The notes under the pieces are model-generated. The model worked only from the letters and a program-made list of their open reading frames with translations. It did not search any database and was not told the origin of the DNA. DNA of 63,905 nucleotides, the filler included, from Octopus bimaculoides (taxonomy: Eukaryota), in NCBI RefSeq assembly GCF_001194135.2. It is 4 parts of 3 records of this genome, joined end to end, with 100 filler letters (N's around TTAATTAATTAA, not from the genome) between each part and the next. Parts side by side here need not be neighbours in the genome. Positions count along the whole stretch, not along the records: positions 1 to 21,434 come from NC_068981.1; 3 more parts are not named here. One strand, written 5' to 3'. Positions 1 to 9,616 of this stretch are shown here, piece by piece (within the stretch, counting starts at the first letter, position 1; each line of letters opens with the position of its first letter). The position numbers were made by a program, and so were the translations under genes.

Positions 1-177
1 TATATATATATACACACAACCATATTCTTAAAATACATAAACATAAACCTGCATTCACAACATCTACATACTTACACACACAAACATGTATACGTACATG
101 CACACGCACACACTCAAACATATATGTATGTACGTACTCATACATATACACATGTCCACACCCACACACACGCACAC

Positions 178-216
<39 letters not shown>

Positions 217-289
217 AGTGTGTGTGTGTGTGTGCGTGTGTGTGTGTGTGCGTGTGTGTGTGTGTGTGCGTGTGTGTGTGTGTGTGCGC

Positions 290-1250
290 GCAGTCAATTT
301 CCTTGACGTATCTCTAGATTTACAAGAGAATATTTACAAAGCCTATAGGAAGCCCAACGATAGACTAAGTTATATTAAGGTAGGCCTTGCCACACACCCC
401 TCATAGTGTTTAAGAATTTAGTTAAGAATATTAATAAGAGACTTTCTAGCCTCTCCTTTAATATAAACATATTTAATAACGCTGTCCCACTATATAATGA
501 TGCCGTTAAATATAATGGATCTAAAGAGGAGATAGGTTACACCCCTAATAGATCAGAAATAAAGAAAGGGAAACATAGACACAGGAAAATTATCTGGTTC
601 ACACTCCCTTACTACCACGAAGTGACCTTTAATATAGGTAAATATTTCTTATCACTTATAGATAAACATTTTCCAATACATCATAAATATAGAAAACTCT
701 TCAATAGACGTAGCCTAAAATTTACTTTTAGTTCCACTCCGAATTTTAAAAACAAAATTATGCACAATACAACACAACACGAAGACCTGTGTCCACTAAA
801 TGGAGCCTGTGCGACCGAGGCCCTTATTTATAAAGCCACTGTAAATTCCACGACTGCTAATAATACAGTTTCATCCAACAGATATGTGGGTATCACAGAG
901 GGAAATTTGAAAGCAAGATTCAACAATGATACCTTAAGCTTCAGACACTGGAATAAACGAAAACCTACCAAATTACCCAGTTATATATGGTTCTTAAAAG
1001 AACAAGGTATCAACTACAGGATTTACTGGAATATCTTAGCCAAGTGTAAACCTTATACTAACGGTAGTGCCAAATGCGGTCTTTGTAATATGTAAAGATG
1101 GCTCATCTGGAAAAGTTCCTTAGACCCTGCTATATGTTTAAATTCGAGAACTGAACTCTTTGGATCATTTCTACATGTCACAAAATACCTGTTACGGCTT
1201 TGGACCCCCAAAATCACGGCTAGAATCCACATTTCTACTAAGTTCCCGCA
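290..1250 (+). mobile_element. Penelope-like element relic: RT C-terminus/thumb plus GIY-YIG endonuclease (5'-truncated, frameshift near 395, premature stop at 1093-1095)
   Basis: Motifs VNFLDVSLDL, RKIIWFTLPY...KHFP...LFNR, CPLNGAC, LIYKATV...YVGITEG..KARF and KCGLC. Read-through of the TAA gives RWLIWK...LNSRTEL...H..KYLL, typical of PLE ORF ends. Confidence 0.88.
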
Positions 1251-1611
1251 CAAACTTTCCCATATATTTTAACTTCCATTAATTTTTAACTTTTTATATA
1301 TATTTTTTTCATTTTTCTTTTTTCTTTTCAATTGTGCGAGTGTGTACGTGTGTGTGTATATGTATATGCATTTATATATATTATATGTATGCATGTGTGT
1401 GTGTGTGTGTGTGTGTATGTGTAAATGTATGTACATGATTGTAAGACTGTGTCCGGTGCAAATGTGCGATTTTCATGCACACGCCCCTTCACTTATATGG
1501 ATATGCACATGTTTGTATATGTCTGGGTGTATGATGGGAGAGTGTGTATGTATATATGTATACACACACACATATATATATTATACATGTACGTGCGAGT
1601 GCGAATATACG

Positions 1612-1663
<52 letters not shown>

Positions 1664-2084
1664 CACACACATATATTTGTAGGTATAAATGTCAAAATAT
1701 GTATTATGTTACGTGAATACATGTAAGCACCAATGTGTATATGAGGATGAGGTTGCGTATATATATACATATATGTACGTGTTTGCGTGGTTATGTGTGC
1801 ATGTATTTGTGGATATGTGTGCATTTATGAGTACGTACATGCATATATGTTTGTGTGTGTGCATGTATGTATACATATTTGTGAGTGTACATGTATGTAA
1901 ACGTTGTGAACGTAGGAGGTTTATGTCTATGTATTTTGTGAATATGTTTGTGCGTATATTTTTATATATATATTTTATACACTTTTTATATTTTTTATCG
2001 TTTTTCTTTTTTCTTTTTTCTTTTTCTACCTATTAGAATTACTTCCCTTATATTTAACGTTTTTTTTTTATAGCGTCTGTTGCC

Positions 2085-2150
2085 ATTAATAACCGACGAG
2101 AATGTATCATAGCATTTCGCTCCGGCATTCGAAATTCCGAGTACTATAAT
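2085..2150 (+). ncRNA. Degenerate minimal hammerhead ribozyme in the probable 3' terminal repeat of the 290-1250 PLE
   Basis: CCGACGA (2093-2099, U4>C); stem II GAATG/CATTC (2100-2104/2126-2130); GAAA 2131-2134; near-palindromic stem III; GUA triplet 2141-2143; imperfect stem I. Confidence 0.55.
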
Positions 2151-2264
2151 GACAATCCTTTACTGTTTATTATAATTTATAACATATATAAATAGTCCTC
2201 TCTTTCTTTAATATCGAGCTCTCATTCTTTTGTTGTTACATATTATTATTAAAATTATTATCAT

Positions 2265-2725
2265 TATTATTATGTTGTTTTTTTTCTTCTTTCTTCAAAT
2301 TTTCTTCCATTTCTCGCCGAGTGTTTTCCGTACACCTAGGGCAGAGAAACTCGTTGTATGCATTCCCAGTTTACACACGCAAATTCACAGGTAAAATATG
2401 TATTAAAAAAAAAATAAAATTCATGAATGGATGTTGTTTTCACAGCGATAATGCTCTTCTCAGTACATGAGTCGTTCCAGTTAACACAAATTTTTGCACT
2501 TCCTGTAGGGATGGTAAGCCTGGTATCATTTTCAAATAGGTTTCAGTACCTTTTTTTTTTATTATTCCTAGAGATCCTACAATCACTGGTACAGTAGTCT
2601 CCTTTCCTACAATCACTGGTACGGTAGTCGCCTTTCCTACAATCACTGGTACAGTAGTCGCCTTTCCTAGAATCACTGGTACGGTAGTCGCCTTTCCTAC
2701 AACCACTGGTACGGTAGTCGCCTTT
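2265..2725 (-). mobile_element. 3' end of an R4/Dong-clade LINE (RLE-domain C-terminus, 3' UTR, TAA-type tail)
   Basis: Translation TVPVIVGSLGIIKKKGTETYLKMIPGLPSLQEVQKFVLTGTTHVLRRALSL* resembles the R4/Dong C-terminus. Flanked by (TAA)n-type repeats. Confidence 0.75.
2576..2725. repeat. 30-bp tandem repeat x5 (CCTACAATCACTGGTACRGTAGTCGCCTTT)
   Basis: Units start at 2576, 2606, 2636, 2666 and 2696, each with about 1-2 differences from consensus. No spacers. Confidence 0.95.
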
Positions 2726-2736
2726 TTTTATTATTA

Positions 2737-2786
<50 letters not shown>

Positions 2787-5161
2787 GCGTTTTGATGTGT
2801 ATAGGTATTTCAAAAACACTGATCTGTGGAACATTTGGATTTACCTCGTACTAAATATAAAATGTATCTGCGAACAAATTTTGCCAATAAAAAGCAATGT
2901 AATTCTTGAACATTCGTATCACTTATCCTGGGGTGGAAAGCTAACGTTTGCTTTCGGACAATTATGTATACTGCATTTTGTAAACTCACGTTAACTTTTC
3001 TTGGAATTGTGGTAAAAGGTATTAACCACAAGCATGTACAATATCGACCATGCACAAACCACAAAAATATTTGAAAATATTGTTTCAATATTTAAAAAAG
3101 ACCAACAGAATGAAAAAGAAAATGAACAACATTGAGCAAGTAGATACAGTAAATATTCAAACCAATAAGCAGGAAATAAAAAAGCATAATGTTGTTTATA
3201 ATGTTAATAGCTATAAAGTTTGCTATAATTGCTTGTCAAAGAACCCACTCGGTATAGGTCCGCTAGTAGAAAAGAAAAAATATATAGAAAATGCATATTA
3301 TAAGGGGACTGTATTTTCTTTTAGAATTCATAGAGGAATTAAAGAGGGAGAAAGTTAAAGCTCTAATATGTCAAAAGACGAAAGGTGTTTCCACTTACCC
3401 AAAAGTAACAGTTTAAAGGTGTCCTGACCAGTTTGTTAAATAATGTTTTTAAATCGCTATGACAGAGCGTATCTGTAAGACTGATGTTTTGCAATAAGCA
3501 CATTTTATGGAATAATAATGCGGAAGTAACACACGGATTTTGCTTAGGTCAAGGATGGTTCAATGCTGGGATTTAAGCAACAACAACAAAATTTTATAAG
3601 TTACAAGCAGGATGTCGTGCAGCACATTCATGCCAATAGATTGATGCCGCAATAAAATGTTGACGGAATAAATGAGTCACACCCAAAGACTTTATTACTG
3701 GCGTTAATCATTGCATCATCGTCACCTATGCGGCACACTATGGTACTCCAGATATGTAAATGATATCAGAAAATTTAAAAAATGATATCATAGGGCATAA
3801 AAGAAAACGTTTTTTTAGTTATTTTACTTCTGAATATTAATAAAATCTGGATTTCCCCTCTTAATCTCTAAAGCCATTGAACCTAAAGTAATGTTGAATA
3901 ACTTCTCAAGAGAACGCTGGCTTGAAACAACGGAAACAATTGAAAATGGCGGCTAAATTTTCTTTTAACATTTTTCCTTTATTTTATTTTATCATAGCTA
4001 GAAAATGTAAAAGCGGCGTACTTTGTGGAATTACACGTTAGAATAATAAAAAGAGAAAAATATGTGAGAAAGAAAGCTCTAGAGACTGCCGAAATCTGAA
4101 CGTTTCAATTAATTTTCCTCAGGAAGTTTTTACGTTTGTAAGGATCAAGGTATTATCGGATCGAGCGAAACGAAGCGTAATTTTGAGATATTCTTGATTC
4201 GACTATGTATCAGCTGCTGAATTATATAATATAGTCACCTGCAGGGAACGATTCAATCACTGTTCCTTCTGCATATCTAAAGAATTGAAAAAATATGGCC
4301 GAATAATTATTTATGGTTGTAACTACATCGTTTCTCCAGGAAATCAATCATCGCTATTGCAGAAATTAATAGAAGTAACTCCCATCTACATCAGTATGAC
4401 AGTTTGAATTCTGTTATCTGTATCTGATGATCTATAGTCATTTTCATAATGAAAATGGTGACTACTTTTGCAAGAATGCAACTATCACATAAACACAAAG
4501 GAAAGGTATTGAAATATTTCAGATATGTTTTATGGCAAACGTTAATAGTTAATCAGCATATTTGTTTATTTTACATCTAAATCTTGGGAAAAAAGGAGAA
4601 AGCAATTATTGTCATCAAAATAAAACTATGAATTATGCAGATTGGAGATTTAATTAAATAATGGTTAACCCGAAATGCACGCTATGTTTACGCTTGTTTA
4701 AACCATTTCATTAAAGGAGAAAAGGTTAGATAGAAGTTGGAAACCACATGGACTGTATGACTGTAAAATTGTAATGAAATAATAATAATAATAACAATAA
4801 AATCATTTCAGTCATCGATTATAGAGATTCAGGATATGTCATCTTCCGAATATTCGCAAAAAAAACCCCTACAATTTATTATGCAAAGAAATGGGAAGCT
4901 GGGACATTAATACTTTCCACAGGAACATTAAAATCATAAATAAAGTGAAGATTTTAATATTTTATTTCTATAATATTAGATTTATTATAAAATATTTGTT
5001 CCCTGTGAATAATACATTCATCTTTTCATCTTTCCTCTGATCAATAAATTAGTACAAGTGAGTTCATTTGATGCACAGTTAAGCACAATTCACCCTAGCC
5101 GATACAATTTCAACAGAAGATTGAAATTAGTCCAGCCAATCCTTTTTTACTGTCCACGAAT

Positions 5162-5335
5162 AATGGTAAAGCACTTGGCCAGAAAAATGGTAAAGCACTT
5201 GACCGGAGTCTTCAAGGTATGTGCGTTCGAATCTCATGGTTGGTTGTTGACAAATCTTTCCGCTTTGTAAGGGTAATTTACCCAATATTTCTGATGTTCT
5301 AACGGCGTTTCTGCGTTTGAAAGTAAATAATCATC
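5162..5335 (+). mobile_element. Probable tRNA-derived SINE head with a duplicated A-box segment
   Basis: AATGGTAAAGCACTTGRCC at 5162 and 5186; B-box-like GTTCGAATC at 5225-5233. Confidence 0.4.
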
Positions 5336-5340
5336 TTATT

Positions 5341-5379
<39 letters not shown>

Positions 5380-5937
5380 AATATATGAGTATATGCATAT
5401 ATATGTACATGTATGTACATATNNNNNNNNNNNNNNNNNNNNNNNNNNNNNNNNNNNNNNNNNNNNNNNNNNNNNNNNNNNNNNNNNNNNNNNNNNNNNN
5501 NNNNNNNNNNNNNNNNNNNNNNNNNNNNNNNNNNNNNNNNNNNNNNNNNNNNNNNNNNNNNNNNNNNNNNNNNNNNNNNNNNNNNNNNNNNNNNNNNNNN
5601 NNNNNNNNNNNNNNNNNNNNNNNNNNNNNNNNNNNNNNNNNNNNNNNNNNNNNNNNNNNNNNNNNNNNNNNNNNNNNNNNNNNNNNNNNNNNNNNNNNNN
5701 NNNNNNNNNNNNNNNNNNNNNNNNNNNNNNNNNNNNNNNNNNNNNNNNNNNNNNNNNNNNNNNNNNNNNNNNNNNNNNNNNNNNNNNNNNNNNNNNNNNN
5801 NNNNNNNNNNNNNNNNNNNNNNNNNNNNNNNNNNNNNNNNNNNNNNNNNNNNNNNNNNNNNNNNNNNNNNNNNNNNNNNNNNNNNNNNNNNNNNNNNNNN
5901 NNNNNNNNNNNNNNNNNNNNNNNNNNNNNNNNNNNNN

Positions 5938-6161
5938 GTGGTGCGCGCAGGTGCATTGTCGTGATGAAACCACCACTCTTCTCCTTGCCACTGTCTGTGG
6001 CGGTTTCGTTACACCGCGTCTCGCAAACGCTTCATAACTATCAATTAAAATATTTGGTTAACATTTTGACCCGGAGGAACGAATTCTGTGTGGACAATTC
6101 CTTTCGCATCGATAAAACAAATCAGCATCGTCTTGACATGGGACTTCACTTGATGCAGTTT
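5938..6161 (-). mobile_element. Mariner transposase catalytic-domain fragment (frameshifted)
   Basis: Minus-strand translation KSHVKTMLICFIDAKGIVH/EFVPPGQNVNQ ... WFHHDNAPA, the mariner D,D34D domain motifs. Confidence 0.8.
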
Positions 6162-6216
6162 TGCAAGGTAAATCACAAGAAAACATATATGTGAATTAAT
6201 GTAAACTTATCTTGTA

Positions 6217-6252
6217 TTCAATATTTCGGGGTTATGACCCCATTTTCAAGAA
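6217..6252 (-). ncRNA. Minimal hammerhead ribozyme, U3-A8 core variant (copy A)
   Basis: ttc-UUGAAAA-u-GGGGU(caua)ACCCC-GAAA-U-AUU-gaa. Confidence 0.6.
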
Positions 6253-6592
6253 ACAGACGAATGTTGCCGATGTGCATGAGTGTGAGCGTGTGTGTGAGCG
6301 TGTGTGGAGTGGACATGCGCGAAAAGGTGTTGCTATAGCAACCAACTAGCTCCCTTTAACTCTCTTCAGTTGTTGATTTCGGGTTTCTTTTGGTGTATGA
6401 GGATGGCCTCAGAGATTCTAACGTTACCCCTGTTCCACTGTGTTGTCTTGATGTGCGCTGTGAATTCCCGGGTCTGGCATTTCCGTAGATGTTTCTTCAC
6501 GGAAGTGTCTGCCTGCATGTGTTCCTTAATGCGTATATGCAGTTTTCTTGTCATGCACACTGGTACACACGCACATCGGCAACATTTGTATA

Positions 6593-6630
6593 TTTCTTGA
6601 AAATGGGGTTAAAACCCCGAAATATCGAAA
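6593..6630 (+). ncRNA. Minimal hammerhead ribozyme, U3-A8 core variant (copy B)
   Basis: uuuc-UUGAAAA-u-GGGGU(uaaa)ACCCC-GAAA-U-AUC-gaaa. Stem I is 4 bp, stem II is 5 bp, stem III is the palindrome AUAU. Confidence 0.65.
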
Positions 6631-6767
6631 ACTAAGTCTACATTAATTCACATCATATTTGTTTTCTTGTGATTCACCTTGCATNNNNNNNNNNNNNNNN
6701 NNNNNNNNNNNNNNNNNNNNNNNNNNNNNNNNNNNNNNNNNNNNNNNNNNNNNNNNNNNNNNNNNNN

Positions 6768-6821
<54 letters not shown>

Positions 6822-6920
6822 GCACATATATATATACATACATACATACATATATGCATATATATACATATATATATACATATAGATATATATATACATA
6901 TATACATGCATACATATACA

Positions 6921-6953
<33 letters not shown>

Positions 6954-7096
6954 GCATACAAATATATATGGACATATATATATATAGTCGATTCAAACAT
7001 GAACAAGCAAGAAAAAACACGAAAAAACAACAACGCGTGGACGTGGAATAAGTACAGTGTTATTGGACGCTCGGGAAAGGAAAGAAAAGAAAGAGG

Positions 7097-7131
7097 ACTT
7101 AACGTTTCGAGCAGAGCTCTTCGTCAGAAAT
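7097..7131 (-). ncRNA. Minimal type-I hammerhead ribozyme in a PLE-type terminal-repeat fragment
   Basis: auuu-CUGACGA-a-GAGC(ucu)GCUC-GAAA-C-GUU-aagu; stem III palindrome ACGU. Confidence 0.7.
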
Positions 7132-8347
7132 ATAGGAAAAGTCCAAAGAAGGGAAGACAGAGAAAGAATATCGCCAACGATGCACACGCGGTCACGTGTG
7201 TATACATACAAACACACACAAATACTCACGCATGCGCTCTCACACACTCACGCGCAGACACAGAGACACACACACACATTTGAGCGACAATAATGGTTCA
7301 AAGGAAAGAAAAGAACGGAGGTCTTAACGCCTTCTATGCACGGATTTAAGTCAGTTACTTGTAAATATATACATACATGTATATACATATATACATACAT
7401 ATATATATATACAATACATCCTTGAATTTTGTCCTAGTTCAAGGAATAAAAGTGTTGGTTTCGAAATGCTTTTTCTAAAAATTATAACACACCGTATGCG
7501 CTCGCACAAATATAACACAGTTACATACGTGCACACATCCATACATTGTTTTAAAAATATTTTTGAAAGTATTTCTTTAAAATATTATTTAAGACATTAC
7601 TTAAAATATTATTTAAAGAAAAACAAGATTTTCTGAGGACAGTTTCTAGTGTGACCTCGATGTTAGACATTTAAGACGATTAGAGTATTCCCACGAGAGC
7701 CAGAAGTGAAACAAAAACCGCAAGTTTCAAACGGCCGTTTTTTAAATTTTAAATTTCTTTTTTCTTTTTGTACGTTTTTATAAAAAATATAAAGATAAGC
7801 GTTTTCTCCATAACTTTCATATAATATTTCAAAATATATTCAAACAACAGATAATTCAATAAAGAGAAAAGAGACAAGCTCGGATTACCAGTTGAATAAC
7901 CGACAACGTGAAACTCTGACTTCTGGGATTACGAGCCTTTCAGTTATAATGTATTAAAGAATACTATATATTAACATATTGACGTCTGTAATTTATCGCT
8001 TCTTGGCGAATCAACACTTATTCCATGCACACATACAAGGCGTTTACATCTAAACATACATACAGGTTAAAATATCTACAGGTGTTAAGGCGAAAATGTC
8101 AACACACTTGTTTCAAACCTGTAGATCAACAAGTAAAATTCTATAAAAACGAAACAACTCCATTATATTTTGAATTACATTTTAATTTAGAGTGAACTAG
8201 TTTTCTCTATCCAATATTTTATATGTATTTATTTGGCATATTTTAGTTAAACATACTCATTTATTTCGGTTTTGTATTTGGTTTGCAAGATACTTAATTT
8301 GAACACTTTCGCTGAAATGTATTGAGGTGTATATCGTGAGGGTCATT

Positions 8348-8733
8348 TAGAGTTGGCACTCCGTCGCTTACGACGTCGAGGGTTCCAGTTGATCCGATCA
8401 GCGGAACAGCCTGCTCGTGAAATTAACCTGCAAGTGGTTGAGCACTCCACAGACACGTGTACCCTTAACGTAGTTCTCGGGGATATTCAGCGTGACACAG
8501 TGTGACAAGGCTGACCCTTTGAATTACAGGCACAACAGAAACAGGAAGAAGGAGTGAGAGAAAGTTGTGCTGGAAGAGTACAGCAGGGTTCGCCACCATC
8601 CCCTGCCGGAGACTCGTGGAGCTTTAGGTGTTTTCGCTCAAGAAACACTCACAACGCCCGGTCTGGGAATCGAAACCGCGATCCTATGACCGCGAGTCCG
8701 CTGCCTTAACCACTGGGCCATTGCGCCTCCACT
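8348..8733 (-). mobile_element. Full-length tRNA-derived SINE (family B)
   Basis: tRNA-like head with A/B boxes at 8660-8731; 14-bp TSD TCGTGAGGGTCATT at 8334-8347 and 8734-8747; homologous to 28446-28831. Confidence 0.9.
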
Positions 8734-9011
8734 TCGTGAGGGTCATTATGCCAAGAATAAACACACACAATGCATAAGTTTATTATGATATAATGACCCC
8801 CNNNNNNNNNNNNNNNNNNNNNNNNNNNNNNNNNNNNNNNNNNNNNNNNNNNNNNNNNNNNNNNNNNNNNNNNNNNNNNNNNNNNNNNNNNNNNNNNNNN
8901 NNNNNNNNNNNNNNNNNNNNNNNNNNNNNNNNNNNNNNNNNNNNNNNNNNNNNNNNNNNNNNNNNNNNNNNNNNNNNNNNNNNNNNNNNNNNNNNNNNTT
9001 AAGGGTAAATA

Positions 9012-9616
9012 CAGTAATCCCTCACCATATCGCGGTTCAATTATCACGGTTTATTATTTAAGCTTACGTCGATTTTTCCGTGGTGTTGTGTTACCTTTAT
9101 AATAGAATAAATATATACAAATCATAAAAATAACAAGAGTACTCGGACAGCGCAAACCTCCGCTAAGGCAACACCAACGTCGTCCTCTCACTCAACGATT
9201 AGCCAGAGAGGATTTTTAAAATGAGAATATCTGAAATAAACCAAACTGCTCTCACAATTAAGAAAACTATAAATGAACCGGACCGCCTTCAAAAATTAAG
9301 TAAAAAAAAAACACGAAAAATAATCCAGAATCTTTTTCCAGTAACGGATCGATCCCAAAATCTAATCAGTTCGTGCCAGTCACAAGGCCAAACATCCCTG
9401 AAAGTTTCATCCGAATCCATCCAGCGCTTCTTGAGATATCTTGTCCACGGACAAACAAAGAAACAAACAAATTCGACTGAAAACAATACTTCCGTCTTAG
9501 CGAAGGCAGAGGTAATAATAAAAAATATACATTACAGTACTGTTTCTACTTCACGGATTTTCACCTATCGCGGGGTTTTTTAGAACGTAACACCTGCGAT
9601 AGTCGAGGGATTACTG
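9012..9616. mobile_element. Tc1/pogo (Tigger-like) MITE interrupted by a nested insertion
   Basis: Ends CAGTAATCCCTC.../...GAGGGATTACTG with TA on both sides. An uninterrupted sister copy is at 48963-49176. Confidence 0.85.
9132..9516. mobile_element. Non-autonomous Helentron-type (HINE/DINE-like) rolling-circle element
   Basis: Subterminal IRs 9156-9169 and 9494-9507 (11/14 match), terminal hairpin 9488-9513, no clear TSD. A partial copy is at ~21895-22068. Confidence 0.7.

Larger units (their letters stand above)
6162..6684 (-). mobile_element. Truncated Penelope-like element: GIY-YIG C-terminal half between inverted ~90-bp terminal repeats
   Basis: ORF 6366-6560 gives MTRKLHIRIKEH...SVKKHL..C...ISEAILIHQKKPEINN. 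Segment 6162-6253 (reverse complement) aligns with 6593-6683 at roughly 80-85% identity by eye. Confidence 0.82.

Noticed and set aside
406-1250. Selenocysteine-recoding (Naiad-type) PLE
   Set aside because: No in-frame TGA at Cys positions in this fragment. The interrupting stop is TAA at a probable Glu codon, and no SECIS was identified.
2576-2725. 30-bp repeats as a CRISPR-like array
   Set aside because: No spacers, eukaryotic context, and the unit is LINE coding sequence.
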